A DNA stretch of 64,000 bases from Nageia nagi. Its lineage: Eukaryota > Plantae > Pinophyta. Every line of letters begins with the position of its first letter. Position 1 is the first letter of the stretch. Position numbers and translations under genes: made by a program. Shown one piece after another: positions 1 to 13,415 of this stretch. The stretch is from NCBI GenBank assembly GCA_050084985.1, contig JBITNC010000001.1:139810001-139874000 (forward strand). Direction: 5' to 3'. The notes below the pieces were generated by a model. That model ran no database searches. It saw nothing but the letters and a program-made list of their open reading frames with translations, and was not told the DNA's origin.

Positions 1-110
1 ACCCAATAAGGATGTGATCATAAAGCAATGATAGTATTTAACATCCACCTAACAAGGACATGATCATAAAGTAGTGTTGGCTATTTAACATCCACCCAAC
101 AGGGATGTAA
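1..110. repeat. ~47-bp tandem repeat in the 3' untranslated region of the Tat element
   Basis: ACC(C/T)AA(T/C)AAGGA..TGATCATAAAG...TATTTAACATCC occurs ~2.3 times and is truncated by the window start. Confidence 0.75.
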
Positions 111-727
111 CAACATTTCAAGATGAAGTAAAGTGATATACTCATTTACAAAACATAATAAAGAAAATATTTTTCATATATTGGTTATGCATATGAAGTT
201 ATGAAAATGGTTTAGAAAATAATACCTAAACTGACCATTGATGACCATAATGGAGGTGCAATGCCTAGAATGGATGCTAGGGTCAGCATGATTACTACTA
301 TTAGCATGGATGCTAAGGACATTAAGAGAACTTAATTCTAAATTTATTTGATGATGAAACATGATGCAATGAATCTTGGTAAACTACAAATTGTGTTTGG
401 AGTGACTTCTCTATTTCTTAATGCATTAACTATACAACTGATAAACTCAAATTAGTATACTTAATCACATAGCTATCATAATATGAATTTACAACTATCC
501 TAAACAAAATACAACTATGAGAGTTTTAAAATATCACTATTTTATGATCATCATGAATCATCAAAAATACCAATGTGAGCATTGAGATACATTTTTAAAA
601 ATTGCATAGAAGGCTAGCACTAGCATTAGGATAACAAAATAAAAACAAATCTAAGAGAATGATATTGGATATCTACATAGTTTACTAACAAAATAGGACC
701 TAACTATATACAAGTGACAAGCTTATC

Positions 728-3700
728 TTATGCATAAAAGGATTTCATATTCTTTGCATTGGTAGAAACCATATTTTTTTTTCCATCAATAGTTTCCATC
801 TTGTATGCTCCATTGGGATATTTTATCTTGAAAACATATGGAACAATGTAATTTATCTCAAATTTACCTTTGTCTTCCTTCTTAGCATCAATTTTATGAT
901 GATTTTCCTTAAGCACCAAATTTCTAACTTGAAACTCTCTTGGCCTTATCTTCTTTCTATATGCCTTCTTAATTATTTTTTGATATGCTATGAGGTGCTC
1001 CTTTTCTCATCCAATCCTTCTAACTACCTTAGCCTTTCTTTTCATTTCTCTTCCCAATAAATGATTCCTTGAAAATACAACCTTAGTGATGGTATCTCCA
1101 ATTGTAATGGAAGTACTACCTCATCCCCATAAATTAATAAAAATGGAATACATCTTATTGCTGATATAATGCTTGTTCTAAAGTCCATAATGCATATATT
1201 AATTATGATTCCAATCTCTATGATGCTTTTTGATAGTCTTGTAAACTTTTTTTATAATGGTGTTGATAGTTACTTCAAGTTTTCTATTGCCTTGAGGATA
1301 ATATGTTGATGAACATTTTTATTTTATCTTGAATTATTTGCAAAATTACCTAACATTATTGACTATGAAATTCTTTCCATTATCCATGATTATCTGATAT
1401 GGAATAGCAAATATTGTAATGATGTTATTCGTAAAAAAATCATAATTTGATGATCCTTAAATGATATCAAAGGTACTACTTCTTCCCACTTAGTGAAATA
1501 TTTAGTAGCAACCAAAATAAATGTATGGCCTTCACTAAATTTAGGATTAATGACCTGCAACCAAATCCAAAGCTCAAATAGCAAATGACCAATGAGAGAT
1601 CATTATAACTAACTCACTTGAAGGAGTCAAACTTAAGTTAGCATACTTTTAACATTTTTCACTTGCCTTAACATGAAGTATGTAGTATTTTTACATATAT
1701 GGCCAATAATAATCCAATATTAAAATATTTTGAAATATAGCTTTACCATTAAAGTGTCCTCCACTTATGCCATCATGCACTTATTCCATAGCTTGAGTAG
1801 TTTCTTTTCTAGTTAAGCATCTAAGAAATGTTCCAACAAAAGATATTTTCTAAAGTATATCACCAATAATGACATACCTTACCACCCTTCGATCGCTTGA
1901 TTCTCCATTTAAGAAATTTGATGTAACATGAATCCATAATCTTTCTATCTTTCAAGAACTTATATACATTAGCATACCATTCATGCAATGGAAGAATAGC
2001 ACATACAATTGGATCTTGCTCAAGGAAATTGATGAAAGTGGAATCATTTATCAAGAAGAGTGATTATTTATACTATTTATTTTTATGATAATTTCTTAAT
2101 ATTCAATAGAAATAGGTTTCAAATAAGTGACATTGTCCATGGAATCAGTAAATATATTACTATTTATTGGATTATTATCAAATTCAACTTTTTGAGAGCA
2201 TCTTTCTACCATCCTTGTATGGTTGTAATTTTTCATATTTTGTATTGTAGACTTCATTTATTCGATTGATAACAAGCTATGAATCACCATATACTTATAT
2301 ATTATTGATATTCAAATTGATAGCAACATTCAAACCAAAAACCAAAGCCTCATACTCAACCATATTGTTAGTACACTCAAAATTTAACTTGTAATCCATT
2401 AGAATAATACCACCTTTAAGAGATACTAATACAATATATTTCCCAACCCCTTTGAGGCACTTAAAACCATTAAAATATAGTATCCATTTTTTCTCATCAT
2501 CTCCCTCAACCCATACCAAAAGTTCATTTTGAAACTACTATTTTCTTGAAGAAAATTTCTTACATGGTGCCTTAGGAAATATTTCACTAATAACCTATCC
2601 TTTAAGTACTTTTATATGTATGTAAATGAGATCAAATTCTTGTAACTCCATTATCCATTTGGTAGTTCTTCCTTCAAGTGAGATTTAGAAAGTAGGTACC
2701 TCAATGGATCAACTTGAGCTACTATATAAGTGGTAATGGTAATGATATAATATTTTAACTTTTGAGAGGTATAGATAATGGAAAGATACAACTTCTCAAT
2801 TGGATTATATATTATTTCTACATCATGAAATATTTTAAAAAAATAACACACAACCCTTTCTTTATTTTCAATATCAATTTGTACCAAAATAATTCCTATA
2901 GCATAATTTGTAGCTAAAATATACAAGGATAAAAGCCTTTCATGATCAATAGGTTGCAAACTAGGAGGATTAAATATCTTTTGATATCATTAAATTCTTT
3001 TTGACATGGTTCAGTCCAAATAAACTTGTTACCATTATTGAGAAAGTGAGATAAAGGAGCTATCCTATCTACCAATTGGGCTATAAACCTTTTGATTGCT
3101 TGTATCTTTCTTGCAAACTTCTAAGCTGTTTGATATTCTTGGGAGGAGGAACATAAATGATAAATTTGACCTTGTTGGGATCAATATATATTACTCTTCT
3201 AGATAAACTATATACTAATAATTTTCTACTTGATACTCCAAAAACATACTTCTTAGGATTAAGCTTCAAATTAAAGTGTCTCATCCAAAGACAACCCTTA
3301 AATATTTTAAATGATCCTTATTTTTCTTAGATTTTGTAAGAATATCATCAACATATACCTCAACTAATTTAAGAATCAAATCATAAAACATTGTTACCAT
3401 TTCTCTTTGGTATGTATCTCCAGCTTTCTTGAGGCCAAAAAGCATGACTACCCAATAAAATATTCCCCAAAGGAGTAGTAAAGATAATCTTGTATTGATC
3501 TTATTAGTTTATCCTTATCTAATTGTAACCTAAAAAATAATCCATAAAGATAATATTTCATGATCTACTATATAATATACAATTATGTCAATATGTGGCA
3601 ATGAAAAATTATCTCTAGGGCAAGCCATATTCAAATCTTTGAAATCTGTGTAACATCTAATCTCTCCATTTGGCTTCATAGTAGGAACAATGTTAGACAA

Positions 3701-6700
3701 CCATGGTGAATAACCAATAGGTTCAATAAAATCTACTTTATGATACTTATCTAATTCCTTATTGACTATCAAAGCATGCTTAAGATGCATAGGCTTTCTT
3801 TTGTATTGTATGGGCTTAACATGTTCATGAACAACAAAATTATAAGTAAAACCGTGTTACTATATTCCCAAGAAAATATATCTTCAAATGTTTTAAGAAA
3901 TTTTGGATATCTAACCTTTTCATCACCAATAATTCCATTTTCAATATAAAATATATGTAACACATCTTTAGTACCAATGTATATCTCAAATGGATGTTCA
4001 TTCAACCAAGGTATTTTGTCACTAGGTTGAGAAATATTAGACAATTTCCCCAGCCCTATTATATCATAAGAGAAAGCATATCACAAATACACACAAACAC
4101 CTATCCCTAGCTACCTAGTCTACTCTTACTTGATCAAATATAAAAGTAGACTAGTGTAGTAGGGAAGAAATTATTATGTCATCCATCTCCTCTCTAAAAT
4201 ATGCATGAGAATGGAATGCTCTCTTGCCTTGTCTCTTAGGATACAACTTTTTGAACTTAGATCATGACCACAACATGTGCATAAGTACATAATCTTTCTC
4301 AAATATATCCATATACCTTGGAATCGTATTGTTTAACAGGGTGTGGCTAGAATCTTGTTTTGTATCCTCAGTGCAAAATATAACTTTAGCATAAATGCTA
4401 CCTCTAGAATGGGTGTGCATCTTCCATTATTTTTTAGCATTATTTGATGATTTAGGTACCAATTAAACCATGTACACTATTTTCTTATCTAACTTTGATC
4501 CTGATTCATCACTATTTCTATTTGAAGTTGAATACTCCTCACTATATATTATTCCAATTCTTTTCTTTCCTAAATTTGATTTGAACATGTCTATAGATAA
4601 TTCTTTAATCCCTTGGTCATATTTTTATAGAACTTTAACTTTGTATCATCTTGATTCCATATACTAGGGGATCAATGGTGCATAACACTATATAACTCTA
4701 GCCTTTTTGTTGAATTTTATAAAAGTAGCCAACCATTTGGATTCTTTATCATTTTTTGTAGTGAATTTTGATGTATTAGTGTTGTACAATATCTCTTTCT
4801 TACTATAATATTTAGAATGATATTGAGAATGATCATATTGTGAACAAGTAGTGCAAAGTGAGTGTTCACTCTCTTCTATCTCTGAGCATGAGAACTAGTA
4901 CTAATGTGAATACTTTATTCTATATTAATGCTGATCATTCCATGAAGTATTAGGCCTTCTAAAACTTCTAATTTTCTCTTCTATCACCTTCTAGTTGACT
5001 ACAATGGTACCAACACTTATTTCTTTATATAACTGCATACTATCACCCTCTTCATCTTCTTTGAAATATTCTTATATCTCTATGTAGTACAAGGGATGAT
5101 AACATTTCTAATGCTACCAATCATGTTTGTAGGATCATCTATAGATTTGATAACATACTCTTATCCTTCATGATTAAATTTCAATAATTGATATAAACTA
5201 GATAATACACATCTCATTGGATGCATCCATGGTATAACAAGAAGGATGCATAGAGAAATTATTTTCAAGAACATATATCTTTACCTCCATTGTATTTAGT
5301 CCCACCTAAATAGAAAGAATAATATGACCAATACATAATCTTATTCTTTTATCAAAACATGTAATCTTGTACATTTTTTAGTTGCAATCGAATCATTAAC
5401 TTGTTTCCAAATTTTTGCAATAATTCAAGAGAACATATATTTAAACATGCATTATCATCTACTAATACATTTTGACTATCTTTCCCATGATCTTGATATG
5501 AATGTGCATAGCTAGAAACTTTTCAATGAACTCTTGGTCAGGAAGTTCATATTTGGTTAAAGTTAAGTGCTTATTTGAAATAACTAATCATTCCTAATAA
5601 TATACTTGTTGAAATATTACTATCAACATATATGCTACTTGGGAGTTCAAATAAAGCCAATCTATGTTCTTTACATGTTTCAAATAATTCAAGCAAACTA
5701 ATCTTAGCATTAGTTTTTTTCAAATTTTGAATAGCATTCTTCTTGCATTTATCCTTTTTCTTTTCTTTAAGAGAATATGTATAAGGTACCTCTTTTGTTG
5801 TAGAAATGGGATTAGGAATACCTTTTTTACTTCATATCATGGCATGGCATACCTTTTATTTTTTTGGTTATGGTTCTGAATTTGAATCTAATCCTAAATC
5901 TTGACTTGATTTATCATCAAATTTGATTGGATCATCATTATCATCATAAACAATCAAGTTGATCATATTAACTATAGGAATATCTTCATTTTTCACTTTA
6001 ATCACATCATTCTCATATTATATTATTCCATTATCTACAAGTTATTTTAATATTTTCATCATAGTATAATAACCTACTATATTATATCCCTTGAATTGAT
6101 GCTATATACAAAATAAATTCTCCTTATACCAATATGTTTTTTCATCATTAGAACCATATTATTTTCCTTGAACTCTTTTGATCAAACCCTTTTCAAGACA
6201 ATCCTCTAACATTCTACTAGGATGTATGGGAAGTGGATATTTATCTTTAACACTTTCACATTTCCTATTTTGGTTCCTATGTTGAGTTGTAGGTTCAACA
6301 AATTAACTAAAGTAGCATTCTTTTTATGATATGGTTTCATAAAATTTTTCTTGTTTGAGGATGATGTGTATTTGAATTGATTAGATTTTAGCATGTATCC
6401 TTGTTTCTCAATAAGCATGTGAACCATATCCATAAATGGACCTCTAACATAATAAAGCCCATAAGCTACAAGAGTAGGATGAATGTTATCAATAAATACC
6501 TTTGCAATGAATATTTCATCCATGATTTTCTTTATTGATATCCAAATATTCACATATTCAAGAGAAAATTTATCCAATTTTTTAATTGAACTTATTTGAA
6601 ATGAATGAGATATATCAAATCTACTGGTTTCTTGATATTGCATCTAAAGTGGCTCTTAAACTAATTCTTTAACTACCAATATGAAGTAATAGATCCTAGT

Positions 6701-6900
6701 GCCAAGTTATGGAATATTTTTTGTGATTCATTGGTAAAAATCATAGGAAATTACTTTAATTTCAAGTTATTGTTCACTCCACATTTAAGTTCTATGTTAT
6801 ATTCAAAACCTTGAATATGAATGATATGATCAATTTGACTATTGAATTTTTCTAATTCAAGTTCCTTGTCAGTTTTGGTGATGGTTGCATTTCAAATCTC
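728..6900 (-). pseudogene. gag-pol relic of Tat element 1 (GAG-PR-RT-RH-aRH-INT)
   Basis: ORF-track fragments with recognisable retroelement motifs in colinear order. Confidence 0.85.
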
Positions 6901-7895
6901 CATGCTTAAGGGATTTCCTTTATCTTTTGTACTAATGATACTTGTACCAAACTAATTTTAAATCAAATTAATCTTCATTTTCAATAATTTCAACTACTTA
7001 GCTATGCAGGTTCTAACAACTGAAGTAGTATTCCCAACATTAATGCTAATGATAGTGTTGATGCTTATAGTAGCATTGATTATTGTATTGAGCTATTAGC
7101 ATAGGTACCTTTGCAATAATGTTTTGAAATTTGGGCATTTATATTAGCATAACCATAACTTTGAAAGCAATACTCACCATATTTACCACACTAATAAGAA
7201 CCCTAGGGCTCTTGTCATGATAATTTGTTTTTTGGGTAGGTTTGAGAGCACTTATTTATAACTCTAATTAAGAGAAGGATATGCTATAAAAATATGGGAA
7301 CTAATATGTTGTAGTGTTTTAGTGACCCTTAGGATAACCTAAGTGGAGACTACAAAATAATACTTAACATGTGATAATGTATTATCCTAGTTATTTAACT
7401 CATATAAATATATAGATAACAAAAAATAAGAGGAAGACAAATAATAACTTAATTAAAAATGTAACAATGAATAACAAATTATTAGATCAAGATATCAAAA
7501 TAGTGAAACACATGCACAAAAGAGAAAGGGATCGAGTGAAAGATAAATACTTGTAATACCTTACTTGGGAGAAGTTGATTATATGTAGATTAGAACTTAC
7601 AAAAGATAAGTGACCTTAATGTGTGAACCCCATAGAGAACAACAAAAGTGATGATAATATAGCAAGGTTCATTTTAGCCATGAATATTTGTTAATATGTA
7701 AATTTTAAGGATCCTCAATATTGAAAATGGCTATTTTTGTGAGTTGTAAAAAGTTCTAATTCACCAAAACTTTCCAAATATTTAAAAATTTCTAAGTCAA
7801 ATTGCCAATATTTTTTCAGAAATAGCAATTATTTTTTAAAAATTTCTAAAAAACATAAATATTTTTTAAAATATTCTAAGCTAGATTCACCATAA

Positions 7896-8367
7896 AGTTT
7901 CTAAGGGAGTTTTGTGGAGGGGATCTTAAAATAAACCCTACAATATGGATGCTAGGCCTTGAATAGTAGTGTAGGCACACATGATAGCATGAACACCAAG
8001 GGTCCAATCAAGTAGAGTTTTCCAACAAGGATCATACACAACATAATATTCACAAGTCAATCTAAATATATAATTACAAAATATGGAATGATAGATATGC
8101 TTGTGGTAACAAGATCCTACTATAGATAGGTGACATTAAGAAATACTTGAAATTTAAAGTGGCACTATCAATACTTATCTTTATATATGTAATATATTAT
8201 CCAATTTCCCTTTAGGAAGGCTAACATCAACACTAAGGTACCTACCACACAAACAAGAAGATTACATGATAAAAGAAAAAGAATAACTCCAACAATATGA
8301 TGTAATATCACTATAGTATAATACCTAAGTTGGGCCACCTTAGGGGGACCAAAATTAGGTGTCAAAA
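7896..8367 (-). repeat. Probable 5' LTR of Tat element 1
   Basis: The minus strand starts with a degenerate TG(T)TGACACCTAATTTTGGTCC and ends ..TAGAAAC(A), followed by a PBS-like TTATGGTGAATC. The partner LTR is not in the window. Confidence 0.55.
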
Positions 8368-10479
8368 AAAGGAATCATTGGCATGACATAAAATGATAAC
8401 ATTTTAAAATTAACATTATAAATGATTTCTATTTATCACACGAGTTCACATAATAATAGTAATGACTAAACAATCTTCTTAATTAAGCAAGTCAACCAAA
8501 CATCATGATCTAAACTATTCTTATAGAAATATAATTATCTTTGATAAATAATTTTGGAGGATTATAAGAAGATATCATGGGTACCTTGTAATAAGGAATT
8601 TTAAAAATTACTATCTTTATGAAATCCCATTATCTTATTATTCTAACTTATTTTGACCAAGAGAAAAGAATTCACCATGTTGAAGTAATAAGTCACTACT
8701 AAAATCATTCACATATGAGGTACTTCATTTTCATGGTTAAATCCATTGGTATTAAAGTTTTTATAGAAATAATGACTAAAGACACTAGGATTCTTTCAAC
8801 TTGACTAAAGCAAGTCATCCCCAAATAGAGCCAATGTTACCCCACAAATTTTGTACATTAAAATTAATGTGCTATTTTACATTTTTGGCCCAATTAGGTA
8901 TCTAAGGTGAATTTATCCATTAAAAATATTCAAAAATCATAAAAATTATAAAATAATAAAATCCCAAAATCATTTTTCATTTTTATATTTTGGTCATCCT
9001 TATTTGTTGCCTTGAGAAATGTGTAAATTGTATTATCATGAAAATACATATACAAATTTATATTTCTTATCATTTCACATCAAAGATTTTGTAATCATGA
9101 ATCTACCACTTTAATGGCTTGTCAAATGGATCTAAGGTTTGTGAGATATTAAATTAATACATTTCATTAAGTTTAGTGAATTTGATTAAAATGTTAACTA
9201 ATTTATTTTTAAGTATTATTTTCAATTAGACAAAGGACCCAAATCCTGTCATACAACCACTCATTGGAAATATATTTACTTCAAGAAGCTCATAAAAGTG
9301 ATGGATCGAGAAAAGGATTTTGAATACAAAACTTATACTTGAAAACATCCATTGATCTTCATTTGGAATTTAATTTAAATATGTCAAAATAATACAAAGA
9401 GCAAGCCATAATTTTAAATGACTTGATCTTGATCATTCAGGGACAAAATATAGTCATATAACCACTTATTTTAATTAACATGAAGAGAGGATTGTAGTAG
9501 AATATGTTCTCAAAAAATTGATGCTTGAATCTCAAGTTATTATAGGAGAAACCACCTAAAAGCATATTTCCATGTAGAGGTATAAACATCAACCATTTAT
9601 ATCCCTAGCATTTATACTCTAGAAATTCATTCCCATAGCATTTATACTCAAGGTGTTTATTCTTGGAATTTATAAATTATTTAAAATACAAACATTTACA
9701 CCTTCATGTCTACTACGATGCATGAGACATGTCCTCTAACTTATATTTAATGCAAAGTTGCCTATTTAAATCCCAACTGACATCTACACATTAAACCTTC
9801 CTTATCTCCCTTTGTTGACATATATTATTTTATTATGATATTATTTCTTCAATTTAATGGAGCTAGGTTAGCAAAAGGTAGGTCATAAGGAATTAGGAAG
9901 CTAAATTTTTTGTAGCAAATATCTCTCCTTCTAGTTTCTCTTCATGCAAATATATTTCCTTTGATTTATTTCCATGAGTAACCCCTTTAGTTAAGATTTA
10001 GCAATTCAAAATAAGGAAAGCTGATAAGAAGAGTAAAACTAAAGGCCTCCCCTCCATGCATGAAGCTTTCTTCAGTGGAAATGAAACCAAATTAGAATGA
10101 AACAAAGTAGGAAGGGGATAAGTCAACATGAGGAAGGTTAAAATAAATGCTAAATGCAAAAAAGTGGAGTTTGATTCTTAGCAAATATCTACCTCTTGAA
10201 TGAGTTCCTCTCCACACAAATTTTCTTACAGTCAAATTGAATATGGTCAAGAGGAAATTGTAGGTTGAGTAGAAAGGAAAGATATGGTGTTTTCATAGTC
10301 TCCTCCTTTCTCCCTATGCTCATCTTGACTAACACAAGTTGTACACTATAAATATAGTTTCATGCAACCTTAATTAGAAGATACAATAATAATACAAAAA
10401 CTAGATCAATTCAAAATTTCAACATCCTAAAAGTATACACTAAAATGAAATTTGTAACAAGACATAATTTTAATGATTA

Positions 10480-11352
10480 TAATGATCATGAGATATTTAC
10501 AAAATGGATATGTTGAAAGAGCCCTTAAATTGTCTAACAAAATGGCTCATCAAAATGTAGTTTCATGGAATATAATTATCACAAGATATTCATGAAATGA
10601 ATTTTCTAAAAAGGCTCTAAATACTTTCAAGTAGATGCAATTATTATATGTAAAGTCAAACTTTGCAATCTTCATCAATATTCTTCCAACATGTTCCACC
10701 ATGAGAAATTTAGAAGTAGGTATGGATATCCATCAAAGAGTAGTTGAAAATGGATTTTCATCAAATATTATGGTTTTGAATGCCCTAATACATATGTATT
10801 CAAAATGTTGAAGAATACATAAGGCCTAGTAATTATTTAACAAGATGCATAATGCAAACATAGTTTCATGGACTACAATGATTGGAAGAATTCATGGATA
10901 AAATAAGGATGTCATTAAACTCTTTGATCTAATGAACCATTTGGGAACCAATCCTAATAACATAACCTTTATATGTGTTCTACTTGCATACAATTATATA
11001 AGTATAATAGAATAAGCAATTCTTATTGCATAATTCCTAGGATAAATAATTATGATTTCACTATTGACCTTCTTGGACATCTAGGCTATCTTGAGGAAGC
11101 TTTGAACTTGGAATATGGTGTGGATATGTGTCTAATTGGTACTTTAAGATCCTATCAAAATGTTGAAATATGGGAATTTATAGTAACATCCTCTTTATAT
11201 TGGAGTTTAAATATGATCAATTTCTTATTATTCTTTCAAATATTGATGCCAAAGTGGATAAATGGGATGCTCAAATAGCAAATACATTGATGAAGGTTGT
11301 AATTGTTTGACAAGATGCATGCTACAAAAATAATTTCATGGACCAAAATGAT
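10480..11352 (+). pseudogene. PLS-class pentatricopeptide repeat (PPR) gene fragment running into an E-domain relic
   Basis: Translates with stops as ALKL..KM..QNVVSWN, KALNTFK*MQL, GMDIHQRVVENGFSSN..VLNALIHMYSKC, IVSWTTMIG, GTNPNNITF, IDLLGHLGYLEEALN. Confidence 0.85.
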
Positions 11353-12539
11353 CAACAAAATTTACAATTTAACCTCAAACAGCAAAGATGCTAGTTGAAA
11401 CTGGTAAAATGAGCTCTCAAAATTAACTTAAAACCATAAATTTAAAAAGACCATATCTCCTTCATCATTTGGACAAATTGCTAATGTGAATAGGCATTGA
11501 AAACTTGAAAAGATACTCTATAAAATTTATGGATAGATTTTCCATTGCAAGTTTTATATCATCCATAGTCTTTACTAAATTTTGGCTTGGAAATTATTTG
11601 GTAAAATATCTTTTGAACTCAAGAAATGATACACTAATAATGATCAAGTCCCCAACCCTTCAATGAGACCAAAATAACATATCAACATAGGGTAAATGAA
11701 TAAATATTATTATTTTAATAAATTTTCCTAATCCAAAGTTCAAAAATGAGGAAATAAAAGCATTTAAATGAGAATGGGAATATGAATGGAAACAATTATG
11801 AAAATGGGTTTAAGAATGAGAAATGATGTTGTTCATAAGTAAGGAAATATCATATATTAAATGACTATAACTTTCAAATTTGGACTCTATTTCTAGTACC
11901 ATAAGAAGTGTTGGAAAGAAGAGAATCTTATCTACATCATGATAAATGTTGAAGGATAAAATATGATAATGTATGATAAAAATTAGTAAGGATCTTTTCA
12001 TTTAGACTAAGGTAAACAAAGAAGTAAAAATGAAGAAGATATATTTGATATGGGAACATAAAAAGTGAGCTTTAAGAAATTGATGCAAGTGAAAATGTTC
12101 TATATTTTCCATTCATCCTTGAAGCTGATGAAATTTCAAAATACAAAAAAGGAGAGTATTCTATTGGTTTTATTTTTATTTATATTCAAAGATTTCGTTT
12201 ACTCTTCTTATGTAAATATATTATTTGTAAGATAAACCCACATATAATAGCTATGAAGATCCTTAAAGGAGAAACATGTAAATAAGGATGATTTCAAGAG
12301 ATTTGAACTAGGATGAAGATTTACCTTAGATTAACCACTTCTAAAGATAGAAAATTTTGAGAAACAATCCATCATGACATGATATTTGGAGAATAAAGGA
12401 ATATTAATCAAAATAATTAGAAGACTTCATTCAAAAGTATAAAAAAAGAGTATGATTATAATTTTAAGAACAAACAATGTACCGATATCCATTAAAGATA
12501 GCTAAAAAAATAAATGAATAAATGAGGAATCTTTCTTAG

Positions 12540-13415
12540 AGTTTAGTTTAAGAGTTAGTTTTTATTTCATGTCATTAAAATTATATAACCTAGAGAAATG
12601 GAATTAGTTAATTTTTCATCCTTCATATCAAGGAGTTGGTCAAATTTTGAATATAATTTTTGAAAGTAACTAGAGTTTACAAAATGTAACTAGGATTGTA
12701 GAGATAGTTAGGGTTTTATAGTAATTAAGAGTTTTAGAGGATGTAACCACCTACAAGCATTATAAAATCTAGAATATAAGTGATTTGATTTAGTAGTAGT
12801 GTTGATAAAGTTAGATCAATAGTGATCTCTCCACTAGAGCTCCAACTCCTTAGATTTTAAGAAAGAAAAATCATTTTAATAAAGGAAATCCTTATTTCAT
12901 CATCATTAAGTTTTATTTTCTTATGATATTATTCTTGGATGTAATAAAATTATGAGTTTTTTTATATAATAATTAGTTATTTAAATATTTAAGATATAAT
13001 ATTCTTTTGTAAGCATTAACAAGTGAATTTAGTAATGTTTGTGAAGGTAGATTGAATCTAATGCAAGTTATTAACAAAATATAGATAAAATGTTGAGAAA
13101 ATTAAAATGAATAAAAGTAAAATAGATTCAAGTGTGAGGTGATCAAGAGATAGGGCATATCATTGATTGGACTCTAAACTTACTAATTTGGTAAGAGCCT
13201 TTTTAGATAAGTTAGAAACATAAATAATCATTTCACTTGAGTTAATATGTGAGTATAAATAAATATTTAAGTGAGGGTTATTGATGAGAAAAATGGCATA
13301 ATTCCCTTAAATAGCTAGAGATGATTGTTGCTAATTGAGGACCCCCTTATTAAAAAGGAGGATCATAGATCCCATTCTATCCTATTTTTCTACTTGATAA
13401 GAAAAATTGGTCAAT
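12540..13415 (+). repeat. Dispersed repeat copy A (likely LTR fragment); partner at ~48860-49690
   Basis: Colinear shared blocks include AAGTAACTAGAGTTTACAAA, GGATGTAACCA, AAGTGAATTTAGTAATGTTTGTGAA, AAACATAAATAATCATTTCACTT and AAAAAGGAGGATCATAGATCC. Confidence 0.75.

Larger units (their letters stand above)
1..8367 (-). mobile_element. Degenerate Ty3/gypsy LTR retrotransposon, Tat/Ogre-like; 3' end lies outside the window
   Basis: Minus-strand fragments occur in the order gag (6206-6643), protease (VLVDDNACLN ~5440-5470), RT (YSPWLSNIVP..KPNGEIRC.DFKDLN.ACP.D.F.LP.ID, LKLNPKK), RNase H (2651-2959), a second archaeal-type RNase H (WILYFNG..YKLNFECTNNMVEYEAL, 2295-2519) and integrase (1390-1584; 728-919). 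There are many stops and frameshifts. Confidence 0.9.

Noticed and set aside
8400-10400. Possible MITE and short ~14-bp repeats (9594-9675)
   Set aside because: No TIR pair or TSD could be fixed, and the repeats are too short and degenerate to interpret.
10438-10450. CACTA pentamer just upstream of the first PPR relic
   Set aside because: No matching inverted terminus, TSD or subterminal repeats were found.
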